From Nitrospirota bacterium (GTDB lineage: Bacteria > Nitrospirota > UBA9217), in the NCBI GenBank assembly GCA_963840455.1, contig CAWIYV010000011.1:160001-224000 (forward strand): a DNA stretch of 64,000 nucleotides, given 5' to 3'. Both the position numbers and the translations under genes were made by a program. Below, in pieces: positions 18,714-28,768 of this stretch (the stretch's first letter is position 1; every line of letters starts with the position of its first letter). The notes beneath the pieces were generated by a model. It was not told where the DNA came from and did not search any database. It saw only the letters and a list, made by a program, of their open reading frames with translations.

Positions 18714-20294
18714 TCAACGGCCCTTCGGCGATATCATGCTCATCGCCCGTTCTGCCAGCGCCGCGATGGTGAGTGACGGGTTCACACCCGGGTTCGCCGA
18801 TACCACTGATCCGTCGCAGATGTACAGTTCCTTGTAGCCGAACACGCGGTTGCCGCTGTCGATGACCCCTTCGCTCCGGTCCCTGCCCATCACCGCGCCG
18901 CCCAGGATGTGCGCCGTCGTCGGGATGCCGAGCAGCGTCTCGGAAAGCAGCACCATGGGCTTGCCTTTCACGATCCGGGCGTATTGCTCCGCCAGTTCCT
19001 TCGCCTCGGGGATGAACGCCGTGGGGGGATCGCCCCTGTCCTTCTCGGACCGAAGGCGCCAACGCCCGGCAACGAGTCGCAAGGTGCTGTCGATGGTGCG
19101 CATGTACAGCAGGATCTGCGTCTTCTCAGCCCAGTTACCGACGGAGTAAATTCTCAAATTTTCGACCGGATGGCGGACAAGGTCGTAGAGCATCTTCGCG
19201 ATGCGCGTGACCACGCTCTTGCCATGGGCCAGGGGAGCCATGAACAGCCGCCAGAATCCCGACCCCGACGGGTAGCGCACCGGTTCAAGGAAACTATGCT
19301 CGTCTGTTTGTAGGATGGACCCGATCGCGACGCCGTCGGAGAACTTCGTGGCCTTGTCGAAGGTCATGATGCCCATGAGGCTCTCGGAGTTCGTCCGCAC
19401 CCCCTGGCCGACGCGCCCCGAGAGCTCCGGCAGGGACGACTTCCCGAGCTTCGCCAGGAGCTTCACCGTGCCGAGCACTCCGCCGCTGAACACCACGCCG
19501 CGGCAGGTAGCGGATCCCTGCCTCCCCATCCATGCGGTCGATGATCGCCACCTGACGCAATATCCCTCGGATCCGTCCGCCTTCCCCAAGGGTGCCACGT
19601 CCACGGCCTCTGATTCCGGCTGGATCTTTACGCCATGCTGTTCCGCAAGGTAGAGGTAGTTCTTGTCCAGGGTGTTCTTGGCATTGAAGCGGCAGCCTAC
19701 CATGCAGCCGCCGCAGAAGCTGCATCCTGCCCGCTCCGGCCCCTTTCCGCCGAAGTAGGGGTCGGGCACTGTTACCTCGGGCTCGCCGAAGAACACCGCT
19801 GTCGTCGTCGGGCCGAACGTGCCGGCCTGCCCCCTGTCTGCGGCGAGCTTTTCCAGCGCCCGGTCTCCGGGCTCGAGGCGCGGATTCGGCACGGCGCCGA
19901 GCATGGTGAGCACGGTCTGATAATGCGGGGCAAGCTCTTGCTCCCAGTCTGCCAGGCCCGCCCAGCTAGCCGACCGGAAGAACTCCTTCGGCGGCACCTG
20001 CAGCGCGTTGGCGTACACCAGGGAGCCGCCGCCCACACCAACGCCGGAAAGCACCGTGAGGTGCCGGAACAGGGTGATGCGGAAGAACCCGAAGAACCGC
20101 AGGGCCGGGACCCACAGCCACTTCCGGAGGTTCCAGTTCCGTTTCGGGAAGTCCTGTGCCGACAGCCGCTTTCCCTTTTCGAGGACCAGCACCCGGTAGC
20201 CCTTTTCGGACAGGCGGAGCGCCGCCACCGAGCCGCCGAAGCCGGAACCAATGACAATGTAGTCATGATCGTATAGCCGTCCTGGGGTCATCAT
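18714..20294 (-). CDS. GMC oxidoreductase, cholesterol-oxidase-like
   Basis: IVIGSGFGGSV FAD motif, GVGGGSLVYAN, CxxCGGCMVGC, TAHILGG, GVNPSLTI. Confidence 0.9.
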   Translation of the reverse strand: MMTPGRLYDHDYIVIGSGFGGSVAALRLSEKGYRVLVLEKGKRLSAQDFPKRNWNLRKWLWVPALRFFGFFRITLFRHLTVLSGVGVGGGSLVYANALQVPPKEFFRSASWAGLADWEQELAPHYQTVLTMLGAVPNPRLEPGDRALEKLAADRGQAGTFGPTTTAVFFGEPEVTVPDPYFGGKGPERAGCSFCGGCMVGCRFNAKNTLDKNYLYLAEQHGVKIQPESEAVDVAPLGKADGSEGYCVRWRSSTAWMGRQGSATCRGVVFSGGVLGTVKLLAKLGKSSLPELSGRVGQGVRTNSESLMGIMTFDKATKFSDGVAIGSILQTDEHSFLEPVRYPSGSGFWRLFMAPLAHGKSVVTRIAKMLYDLVRHPVENLRIYSVGNWAEKTQILLYMRTIDSTLRLVAGRWRLRSEKDRGDPPTAFIPEAKELAEQYARIVKGKPMVLLSETLLGIPTTAHILGGAVMGRDRSEGVIDSGNRVFGYKELYICDGSVVSANPGVNPSLTIAALAERAMSMISPKGR

Positions 20295-20442
20295 ACCGGC
20301 TGCAATTCTATCACTTGCGCGAGTTCTTTGCCAAGAGGAAAGGCGCAGGCCTTTGTCTTTCAAAAACCCCCTGCATCCCAGTGAATCCAGGAGCGAGCAA
20401 CGGCATCCTGCATGCTTAGTACAGCGGAGTTTCAGCGGTCCG

Positions 20443-20556
20443 GTTGAAGCTCCCAATTGAAACTGCTTTGGAGCTTCGATCCCCAAGGCATTAAGCTATT
20501 CTAATCGCTCGCTATTCCCACAAAGAACAGCCGGGAATGCGCTCGCTCCTGGATTC
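20443..20556 (+). repeat. Double-hairpin dispersed repeat, degenerate copy 2
   Basis: Retains ttgaagctccc, ttctaatcgctcgcta and gggaatgcgctcgctcctggattc. Confidence 0.75.
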
Positions 20557-21039
20557 GCACTGCGCTGCAGGCATGCAGTTTGTCTGTGGTTTCCTTTTCT
20601 ACTCTATCCTATCCTCAGGCACTTCCGCTGACGCACGCGCTGGAAGCGATACGGTGATTCTGCCGATGCTGCTCCGCGATGCATGCTTGTGCGCGGACAG
20701 TGCTCACGGACCGCAGGGGCTTTTGGAACTGCGAGAATCTAAGGTCTTGAACCTGCCCCACCCCAACACCGGGCAGCCCGGCTGCGACGACTGTGCGTAT
20801 GCATGCCCTTTCACGGATCGAACAGGAACAGATCCCAAAGCAGCGCGGCCGCAGGGGAAGCGCTGCAGGAAATGCAAGATCAGGATAGAGCGAGCAACGG
20901 CATCCTGCATGCTGAGCACAGCGGAGCAGCGGGCTGCCCAAAAAAGAGCCCTGTTTTTTCGACGGTCTGCGTCATTGCTGCGCATGCGGATATCATCGCC
21001 GGCGTTGCGTAAACGGTATTCCGGTGCTATCTTTGAACC

Positions 21040-21876
21040 ATGTACCGCAAGGTCCTCGCCGCCGTGAACGAGCATGTGAACTCCGAGGTGGCCGCCCGCT
21101 ATGCCATGCACCTGGCCAGGGCCGCCGGGGCCAAACTCTTCCTCTACTCTGTCAGGCAGCCGGGACAGACGGAGGCGGCCTTCGAGCTCGCCCGGGACGC
21201 ATCGAAGCGCCTCCAGCACCGTGCACGGGAGATTGACATCGATGCCGAGTGCCTGTTCGAGGCGGGCGATCCTGTGGAGAAGATCCGCGCGATCGTCCTC
21301 GCCGAAGGCATCGACCTCGTCTTCACCGCCACCCGCCGGGAGGACGTCAACCACCATCTCATCAAGGGGGGCACCACGGCGCGGAGGCTCCTGCCCGGCC
21401 TCCCCTGCTCCGTGGCGCTCGTCCGTGTCGTGCACATGGGCAGGACCCACCCCCGGGAGATCCTCGTCGCACTCAAGAAACAGATCGATCACATCCCCGA
21501 GCGCTCCGAGTTCACCGCCCTGCTTGCAAAGGCCTTCGAGGCCAGGGTCCATCTCTTTCATGTGACCAGGCCTGTGAAGAAGTTCTTCCACGGCGAGATG
21601 CACCTGACCCCCGTGGAATGGGAGGAAAAGGTCCCACCCGACATGTCCCGCTTCATCAGCCACCTTGATGGCTACGGTGTGGATCACGAGAAGCGGCTTT
21701 CGCCGGGCAAGGCGGGAAAGAGCATCGCCATCGAGGCCGCGTCCCGAAGGCGGGACCTGATCGTCATGGGCGCCAGCGAGCGGGGTATCATTGACCAGCT
21801 CCTGCACCGGACGCCGGTGGAGGAGGTCCTGCGGGAAACGCCGTGCAATCTCATCATCCTGAAGCCGGGTGTGTGA
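21040..21876 (+). CDS. Universal stress protein (two USP domains)
   Basis: MYRKVLAAVN, GDPVEKI, DLIVMGAS...VEEVLRETPCNLIILK. Confidence 0.9.
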   Translation: MYRKVLAAVNEHVNSEVAARYAMHLARAAGAKLFLYSVRQPGQTEAAFELARDASKRLQHRAREIDIDAECLFEAGDPVEKIRAIVLAEGIDLVFTATRREDVNHHLIKGGTTARRLLPGLPCSVALVRVVHMGRTHPREILVALKKQIDHIPERSEFTALLAKAFEARVHLFHVTRPVKKFFHGEMHLTPVEWEEKVPPDMSRFISHLDGYGVDHEKRLSPGKAGKSIAIEAASRRRDLIVMGASERGIIDQLLHRTPVEEVLRETPCNLIILKPGV

Positions 21877-22096
21877 CGTGAAAACTGACACGGGGACACG
21901 GGGACGCGGGGACGGGGAGAAACAATAATACCGTTTGCTCTTTGAACACCAATGAACGTTCTTCCGAATTCTCAAATGCTCATGTACCTTCCTGCATTAC
22001 CACTACAAACCGTGTTTATCCATTGTTACTCATGTTGTATTTCGCTTTCTCTCTGCGCCTCTGTGACTCTGTGGCAGACGGTAATATCCTGATACC

Positions 22097-24733
22097 ATGA
22101 AGATCAACGAACTCACCCGGGAAGATATCTTCCGCACTCTCGTCACCTCCGAACAGGGGTTGTCCGAGGATGAGGCAGGCCGGCGCCTTGCCGAGTTCGG
22201 GCCGAACGCCATCACGGCTGCCCGGAAGCGTCCGCTCTGGCTCCGGTTCCTCGGCCAGTTCACTCATTTCCTCGCCGTGCTCCTTTGGGTCGCCGCGGGC
22301 CTATCGTTCCTTTCGGAATATCTGCACCCCGGCGAAGGCATGTATACCCTGGGCTTTGCCATCTTCGGCGTCATCGTGATCAACGCCGTCTTTACCTTCA
22401 TCCAGGAATACCGCGCCGAAAAAGCGCTCGAGGCGCTCAAGAAGCTCTTGCCCTTCCATGTCACGGTCTGCCGCGGCGGCCAAGAACGCGAGCTCCCTGC
22501 TGAGAATGTGGTCCCGGGGGATATCATCAGGATCGCCGAGGGCGACAAGGTCCCGGCGGACCTCCGGCTCATTGAAGCCAATGACCTCCGGGCGAACAAC
22601 GCGTCGCTCACCGGCGAGTCCGAGCCGGTACTGCGCGAGACCAGGCCGTCCCCGGGCGACCCCATTAACAGCCCAAACATTGCCTTCGCCGGCACCACGG
22701 TGGTGAACGGCAGCGGCAGCGGCGTGGTATACGCAACAGGCATGCGAACGGAGTTCGGCAGGATCGCCCAGCTGACAGGCACCGTGACCCCCGGGCTCTC
22801 GCCCCTCCAGAAGGAGATCGTGAGGGCGACGCGGCTCGTTGCCGCCATTGCCGGGGGCGTAGGCATCCTTTTTTTCATCATTGGATTCTTCATCGGCCGG
22901 GACTTCTGGGACAATTTCATCTTCGGCGTGGGCATCAGTGTTGCGCTCATCCCGGAGGGCATGCTGCCCACGGTCACGCTCGCCCTGGCAATGGGCAGCC
23001 AGCGCATGGCAAAGCGCAACGCGCTCATCAAGACCCTTACGTCCGTGGAGACCCTCGGCTCGGTCTCGGTCATCTGCACCGACAAGACCGGCACCCTCAC
23101 GCAGAACCGCATGGAGGTCAAGGAGGCCACGGGTCTCGGGAAGATGAACGGGTCAGCGAGGGAGATGCTCTTCACGGTGGCTTTGCACTGCAACAATACG
23201 AAGGAGGTAGCAGGCGAGCTCAAGGGCGAACCCACCGAGATGGCGCTGTATCGCGCCGCCCGCGAGGTGCTGGGGAGCAAGCCCGGTAGGCGGGTCCGCG
23301 AGTTCCCCTTCGACCCTGACCGCAAGAGAATGAGCACCGTTATCGAGATGAACAGTTCGACCTTCGTCCTGGCCAAGGGTGCGCCGGAAAGCGTCCTGGC
23401 GGTCTGCACCCATGCCCGCAAGGACGGGGGGACGGTCCCCTTCGACGAGGCGCTGAAGCAGGAGGCCACGCGCCTGTTCCATGCCCTCATGGACAAGGGA
23501 CTTCGCGTTCTTGCTTTCGCCGAGCGTGAGAGCAGGACAGGAGAGGACGTAGCGAACAAGGAAACCGCCGAGCAGGCCATGGTCTTTGACGGCTTCATCG
23601 GCCTCGAAGACCCGCCACGGCCCGAGGTGCCCGACGCGCTCCGGAAGTGCCGCGAAGCAGGCGTCCGCATCATCATGATCACCGGCGATGCGTCGAGGAC
23701 GGCCGTTGCCATCGCCCGCGAGATCGGGCTCGTTACGCGCGAACCCGTGGTGGTCGAGGGCGCGGAGTTCACGCGCCTATCGGACCAGGACCTGCGGAAC
23801 GTACTTGCGAAACCCGAGGTGCTCTTCACCCGCATGACGCCCAAGTACAAGCTCCGGGTGGTGAACACGCTCAAGGACCAGGGCGAGCGCGTTGCCGTGA
23901 CCGGCGATGGAGTGAACGACGCGCCGGCGCTGAAGCGCGCCGATATCGGCATCGCCATGGGAATCACCGGCACGGACGTCGCGAAGGAATCCGCGGACAT
24001 GGTTCTGCTGGACGACAACTTCGCCACGATCGTGAACGCCATCGAAGAGGGCAGGGGCGTTTACGAGAACATCAAGAAGTTCATCACCTACATCTTCGCG
24101 TCCAATATCCCCGAGGCGGTGCCGTACCTCGCTTATATCCTGTTCCGCATCCCGCTGCCGCTGACGATCATGCAGATCCTCGCCGTTGACCTCGGCACGG
24201 ACATGCTCCCTGCCCTCGCCCTGGGCTCGGAAAAACCCACGCCCGGCGTGATGAAGCTTCCGCCGCGCAAACCAGATGAGCGGCTCATCGGGCTTGCGCT
24301 CATCTCGCGGGCATACCTCTTCCTCGGCATGATCGAGGCGGTTGCCTGCATGTTCGGATTCTTCTGGATCCTCCGGAAAGGCGGATGGGCATGGGGAACG
24401 GACCTTCCAGGGACGGACCCGCTCTATCTCCAGGCGACCACAGCCTGCCTCACGGCCATCATCGTGACCCAGATGGCGAACGTCTTCGCTTGCCGGTCAC
24501 TGCGGGAATCGATATTTACCGTCGGCTGGACGACCAACCGGCTCATCTTCCTCGGTCTCGCTGTAGAGCTCGGACTCCAGCTCTTCATCGTCTACCATCC
24601 CTGGGGCCATGCGGTCTTCAGCACTGCGCCGCTGCCGTTCAGCGCCTGGCTCGTGCTCATCCCCTTTGCCGCCGCGCTGCTGCTGGCCGAAGAGACGCGG
24701 AAGTTCGCCGTCCGGCGCATAGCAGTGCGATGA
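22097..24733 (+). CDS. Cation-transporting P-type ATPase (P2 type)
   Basis: LTGES, IPEGM, DKTGTLT, KGAPE, MITGD, TGDGVNDAPAL. Confidence 0.96.
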   Translation: MKINELTREDIFRTLVTSEQGLSEDEAGRRLAEFGPNAITAARKRPLWLRFLGQFTHFLAVLLWVAAGLSFLSEYLHPGEGMYTLGFAIFGVIVINAVFTFIQEYRAEKALEALKKLLPFHVTVCRGGQERELPAENVVPGDIIRIAEGDKVPADLRLIEANDLRANNASLTGESEPVLRETRPSPGDPINSPNIAFAGTTVVNGSGSGVVYATGMRTEFGRIAQLTGTVTPGLSPLQKEIVRATRLVAAIAGGVGILFFIIGFFIGRDFWDNFIFGVGISVALIPEGMLPTVTLALAMGSQRMAKRNALIKTLTSVETLGSVSVICTDKTGTLTQNRMEVKEATGLGKMNGSAREMLFTVALHCNNTKEVAGELKGEPTEMALYRAAREVLGSKPGRRVREFPFDPDRKRMSTVIEMNSSTFVLAKGAPESVLAVCTHARKDGGTVPFDEALKQEATRLFHALMDKGLRVLAFAERESRTGEDVANKETAEQAMVFDGFIGLEDPPRPEVPDALRKCREAGVRIIMITGDASRTAVAIAREIGLVTREPVVVEGAEFTRLSDQDLRNVLAKPEVLFTRMTPKYKLRVVNTLKDQGERVAVTGDGVNDAPALKRADIGIAMGITGTDVAKESADMVLLDDNFATIVNAIEEGRGVYENIKKFITYIFASNIPEAVPYLAYILFRIPLPLTIMQILAVDLGTDMLPALALGSEKPTPGVMKLPPRKPDERLIGLALISRAYLFLGMIEAVACMFGFFWILRKGGWAWGTDLPGTDPLYLQATTACLTAIIVTQMANVFACRSLRESIFTVGWTTNRLIFLGLAVELGLQLFIVYHPWGHAVFSTAPLPFSAWLVLIPFAAALLLAEETRKFAVRRIAVR

Positions 24734-24873
24734 TACTGGCTATCTCCGAGCTCGAAGAATGACATGACCGGTCATTTTCTCCATAATAAGGAATGAAAAA
24801 GATCTACTTCCCCGTCGAAGCCCGACCTCGAAAGCTTGCATCGGGGGCGCCTTCGCGGTAAAATACTTCTGCC

Positions 24874-24991
24874 ATTGAAGCTCCCTGCAGCAAGCTGCAG
24901 GGAATCTTCGATCCTCATGGTAGTAATATGTGTCCTAATCGCTTGCTAATCCCTGCATGAAGCTGCGGGGAATGCGCTCGCTCCTGGATTC
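24874..24991 (+). repeat. Double-hairpin dispersed repeat, copy 3
   Basis: Near-identical to 18524-18641. Confidence 0.9.
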
Positions 24992-25032
24992 TTTTGAGAA
25001 CATATCATCCCCGGAAGCCGGTATCGCACCCC

Positions 25033-25854
25033 ATGTCCCAGATCAAGAACCCCCTTGAACTCTACAAACATCTGCCGAAGACCAACTGCGGCGACTGCGG
25101 GATATCGACCTGCCTTGCCTTTGCCGCTGCAATCATCAAAAAGGAAAAACAGCTCGCCGACTGCCCCCATATCCACCGGGACCTTGCTGCCGGCCTCGAG
25201 GGACGGGTCGGCAGACAGGTGAATATCGAGAGCATCCGGGAGGAACAGGTGAAGGAGCTGAGGAAGAAGATCGAGACCATCGATATTGGTTCTCGGGCGA
25301 AGCTGCTGGGAGCGAGAAACAACGGCAGGACGATAACCATCAAATGCCTTGGCAAGGACTTCGAGGTCGATGGGCAGGGCCATGTGGCCTCGCAGTGCCA
25401 TACCCATGCGTGGTTCTCGTTGCCGCTGCTCGACTACATCCTGCATGCCCAGGGCAGGGACATAGCCGGAAGGTGGGTCCCCTTCCGGGAACTGGAGAAC
25501 GGCAAGACCTGGAACCCGCTGTTCGAGCAGCGGTGCGAGAAGCCGCTGAAGCTGATCGCAGACGCCTACAGCGACCTTTTCGAGGACCTGGTGACGATGT
25601 TCAGCGGCACATCGTCCTTCAATAATTTCAGCTCCGATATCTCCGTGGTGCTCTATCCCTTTCCCAAGGTGCCGGTCCTGATCTGCTACTGGAAACCCGA
25701 GGACGACATCGGGTCGAAGCTCCACCTGTTCTTCGACGACACCGCCGAAAAGAACCTGCACATCGAGTCGCTCTTCACGCTCGGGACCGGCCTGGTCCGC
25801 ATGTTAGAGAAGATCATGCACCGGCATACGGACGGCAAGAGCGACTTGTCCTGA
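25033..25854 (+). CDS. Putative Fe-S cluster domain + DUF3786-like protein
   Basis: LPKTNCGDCGISTCLAFA...CPH Fe-S motif; C-terminal PFPKVPVLICYW...LFFD. Confidence 0.85.
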   Translation: MSQIKNPLELYKHLPKTNCGDCGISTCLAFAAAIIKKEKQLADCPHIHRDLAAGLEGRVGRQVNIESIREEQVKELRKKIETIDIGSRAKLLGARNNGRTITIKCLGKDFEVDGQGHVASQCHTHAWFSLPLLDYILHAQGRDIAGRWVPFRELENGKTWNPLFEQRCEKPLKLIADAYSDLFEDLVTMFSGTSSFNNFSSDISVVLYPFPKVPVLICYWKPEDDIGSKLHLFFDDTAEKNLHIESLFTLGTGLVRMLEKIMHRHTDGKSDLS

Positions 25855-26090
25855 TAAAATACTTCCTCATAAATCAGCTTATACCTCACCTCTTTTATTC
25901 CTTTCCCCCCTTTCCTGATCTGCAAACCGGTATATGGGGAGATCCAATTTACCTAACCGGCCATGAATGCGACCTGTTATTTATCAACAGCTTACGATGT
26001 ACATTTCTCCATTTCACGATAGGAAAAGACAAAAGTGGCCGTTGAACAAGACTCCTGTGCCTACCCTTTGTTAACTAGTTGCGCACATGC

Positions 26091-26118
26091 TTGACAATTG
26101 CCAATTCGGTGCTAAACT
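26091..26118 (+). promoter_or_regulatory. Sigma-70-like promoter of secreted paralog 1
   Basis: TTGACA-N16-TAAACT with extended-10 TG; same architecture at 27176-27203. Confidence 0.55.
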
Positions 26119-26162
26119 TGAACCAGGCAACAAAGGCTGTCGGGAAAGAGAGGTAATTAAAC

Positions 26163-26543
26163 ATGAAAAAGCTATTTACTTTTATAACACTGATGGTTTT
26201 CACTATAGCGATCAGCGTGGCGTATGCTGATGAGATAATTGCGTTCGGCAGCAATAAAGACATCGGCACCTTTCTCTATGAAGATACCTTTGCACCACGT
26301 GACACGGTTTTGGCAGACAAAGAGGCAGTAAGCTCGACTCCGGGAGGAGATGAAATACCCATGTTTGGTAGCAACAAAGATATTGGCACCATGCTCTATG
26401 AGGATGCATTTGCCGTACATGAGACGGCTATGGCGGGAAGAGACGCAAGAGGTTCTGCCGCGGGTGGTGTGGCAAATGTTGACGAGAACACCAGGATCTG
26501 GGATACACTTCTCAGCCCGGTGGGAGGTTCAGACCTTCCGTAG
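26163..26543 (+). CDS. Small secreted protein with internal repeats, paralog 1
   Basis: Signal peptide; two FGSNKDIGTxLYEDxFA repeats; RGSAAGG...DENTRIWDTLL...GGSDLP. Confidence 0.8.
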   Translation: MKKLFTFITLMVFTIAISVAYADEIIAFGSNKDIGTFLYEDTFAPRDTVLADKEAVSSTPGGDEIPMFGSNKDIGTMLYEDAFAVHETAMAGRDARGSAAGGVANVDENTRIWDTLLSPVGGSDLP

Positions 26544-26571
26544 TTAGATTATGTGCACCAAATGATTGATC

Positions 26572-26602
26572 AAAAGCAGGCCGGTTTCCGGCCTGCTTTT
26601 TT
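26572..26602 (+). terminator. Rho-independent terminator
   Basis: aaaagcaggccgg-ttt-ccggcctgctttttt. Confidence 0.8.
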
Positions 26603-26688
26603 ATTCTCCCGGATTTCGTGAGGCCTCCCGATTTATCAACGGTCCCCGTCCTTTGCCCTGCCTTTGCGATCCCCTCAGCCTGTCTATC

Positions 26689-26787
26689 CTACCACCGCTC
26701 CTTGTGCACCCGCGCTACGCCGAACCGGTCCGCCGGCTTTGCTGGGACAATCTTCTCGGCGCCCCCGGTGGATCTGATCTGCCATAG
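26689..26787. pseudogene. Back-to-back relics: nitroreductase 3' end (- strand, 26689-26737) and secreted-paralog 3' end (+ strand, 26743-26787)
   Basis: PADRFGVARVHKERW* versus PADRFDAASVHKDRW* at 28769; WDNLLGAPGGSDLP* versus the paralog C-termini. Confidence 0.75.
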
Positions 26788-27175
26788 TTGGTCCACAGCC
26801 ATCTGATCAGGATCAGACGGGAACAACAGAGAAACATAACAGTTGATCATCGAGCAGACCGGATATCTAGCCTGCTTTTCTTTTGGAATACCGTGCTGCG
26901 ATCACGGGAAAAAACGTCCCGAACAGCCTTTTATAAGATTATCCGGTCAGTACCGTTAATGGTCTGTATTTTACCGGCCGAATCCAATGCCCTTTGATAG
27001 CACGTCCATTGATGTATCTGTTACTTTAGCTGCACTGATTTTTCCGTCTAATTCTCGGGTTCCCTAACAAGGTAAGCATGATCATTTTTTGCGCATTGTT
27101 AACATGCTATTACAAGCACAACAAGGGGGGTCCGACTAATGCATTACCCATCAATGACCGTTCCAAGAACTGCCC

Positions 27176-27203
27176 TTGACAAACTGTAAGTAAGTGCTAA
27201 CAT
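27176..27203 (+). promoter_or_regulatory. Sigma-70-like promoter of secreted paralog 2
   Basis: TTGACA-N16-TAACAT preceded by GTGC, as at 26091. Confidence 0.5.
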
Positions 27204-27285
27204 TACATTAGACTATAATATACAGTTAAGAAAAGAGGTGAGGAAAGCTGAATAACTGCATAGTTAAGGAAAAGAGGTGATTTGT

Positions 27286-27675
27286 ATGAAGAGGACCATA
27301 ACCATAGTAGCAGCAATGGTGCTCGTCCTCGCCTTCGTGACGGCCTTCGCAGATGAAATGCCGATCTTGACGACGGTGAGCAAGGATGCCGGGAACATGC
27401 TGTACCTTGAAGAGGCGCCGGGACACGCGCACACAAAGCGGTTCCAGGGGGACCTTTTTTACGAACCCAAGGATGTTCTCAGGCCAACGGCCAAGAAGGA
27501 TTTCAGCGCTCCTATCGTTGAGGAAAAACTCGTCGATTCGGGCACCGCTCTCTACGAGTCAGCATTCGAAACGAAGCCGGTAGGCATCACCGGAATGGCG
27601 GCAGGAGGTGTTGCTAGAGAGGACGAGAACACCAGGATCTGGGACAATCTCATGGGACCTCCAGGGGGTAATTAG
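27286..27675 (+). CDS. Small secreted protein, paralog 2
   Basis: Signal peptide; KDAGNMLY and DSGTALYESAF repeats; GMAAGGVAREDENTRIWDNLMGPPGGN. Confidence 0.8.
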   Translation: MKRTITIVAAMVLVLAFVTAFADEMPILTTVSKDAGNMLYLEEAPGHAHTKRFQGDLFYEPKDVLRPTAKKDFSAPIVEEKLVDSGTALYESAFETKPVGITGMAAGGVAREDENTRIWDNLMGPPGGN

Positions 27676-27730
27676 TAGCCCCAGAACCGCCATGAGCGAG
27701 GCGGTGAACAAATAACGCTCAGTGATGATC

Positions 27731-27823
27731 AAGCAGGCAGATGGTTGCCTGCTTTTTCTATTCTCTGAAAGCGCCCGGACCTTTCAAAAAAAAACGGCCG
27801 GCGATGGTCGCCCGGCCGTGTTT
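27731..27823. terminator. Two convergent terminator hairpins
   Basis: aagcaggca-gatggt-tgcctgcttttt (+) and aaaaaaaacggccggcga-tgg-tcgcccggccgt (-). Confidence 0.65.
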
Positions 27824-27847
27824 TCATTCTCGTTCCATTCCCGACGA

Positions 27848-28483
27848 TCAGGGGAAAACGGCGCCTTGCTCAGCTCCGTGGAGGGTCGCAGCGTCGTACT
27901 CCTTTGCATCGTCGTTCAGCTTCGCCATCCGCTCATGACACAGGGACCGGACCCGCCGGTCGAGCTCGGCACAGGTCGGTGCGGCAGGCAGCAGCGCTAC
28001 CGCGCGGGTAAGGTCCTCGACCGCCTCCACCACCATGTCGCGATGCCCCTGCTCATGCTCGATGAGACTCGCCAGGTACCCGTCCCATTTGTCCGCGAGC
28101 TCCTGCGGGGCAGCGTCGGTCCGGACCCACTTGGGATACCGGATTGTTATCTCGGCGGTCGCCTGGAATGTCTCGGCGCTGCAGGACTGCAATGACCGTT
28201 CGTGCTCGTAATCCCATGTCACGTGCCAGCTGGTGACGGAGTCATACTTTTTCCCGTCGCTCCACGCAATGCCCTGACGGTTCATCTGGTCACGAAGATC
28301 CTTTTCCCCGTATCCCGTGATCTCGTAGAGCACGTGCTTTTCGCGCACCGCCGGGGCCAGGACGACCCGTTCCTGGTGGCGATAGATGTCGCGGTCCACG
28401 CTGGCGATGTCGATCCGGCCGTCGTCCGCGAAGGCCGGGAGTGCGGTGAGATATACGAGTGAAATAACAATGGCTTTCTTCAA
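27848..28483 (-). CDS. DUF922-family secreted Zn-dependent protease
   Basis: Signal peptide; YEITG, ITIRYPKW, HEQGH (HExxH), YDAATLHGAEQG. Confidence 0.85.
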   Translation of the reverse strand: MKKAIVISLVYLTALPAFADDGRIDIASVDRDIYRHQERVVLAPAVREKHVLYEITGYGEKDLRDQMNRQGIAWSDGKKYDSVTSWHVTWDYEHERSLQSCSAETFQATAEITIRYPKWVRTDAAPQELADKWDGYLASLIEHEQGHRDMVVEAVEDLTRAVALLPAAPTCAELDRRVRSLCHERMAKLNDDAKEYDAATLHGAEQGAVFP

Positions 28484-28768
28484 GAACGTTCGCCCCCTAT
28501 TGTTACCCGGCCGCCATGACCGTCAAAACGTTTGGGCATATTACGACTCTATGAATTTGATTTCAAGAGGGAAAATGAGTGAAGGGAAGACGTGAGGAAC
28601 AATGCAACCGGGCAGGGAACGCACATCCGGTGCGCTTCATTCGCGGTGATGTGCCGAAGGGTCTTTCGGGGACCTCGCCGGCAAAACAACGGGGAGAGAT
28701 GAGGTGCCAGAACCTGTCCGCTCGCGCGATGCGTGTTGTCTGCCAAGTGCGGTCAGCGCTCACGCGTC

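Noticed and set aside
18485-18772. Short ORFs containing [13 protein letters not shown] / KLPAASCRESS (also 32512, 39759 and others)
   Set aside because: Translations of the dispersed repeat, not genes.
21880-22096. Riboswitch upstream of the P-type ATPase
   Set aside because: No yybP-ykoY or other consensus recognised; the region is explained by periodic repeats.
22264-24042. Long antisense ORFs (also 14981..16444, 20704..21975, 48498..49943, 54231..55766, 54331..55608)
   Set aside because: Shadow frames of well-supported GC-rich genes on the opposite strand.
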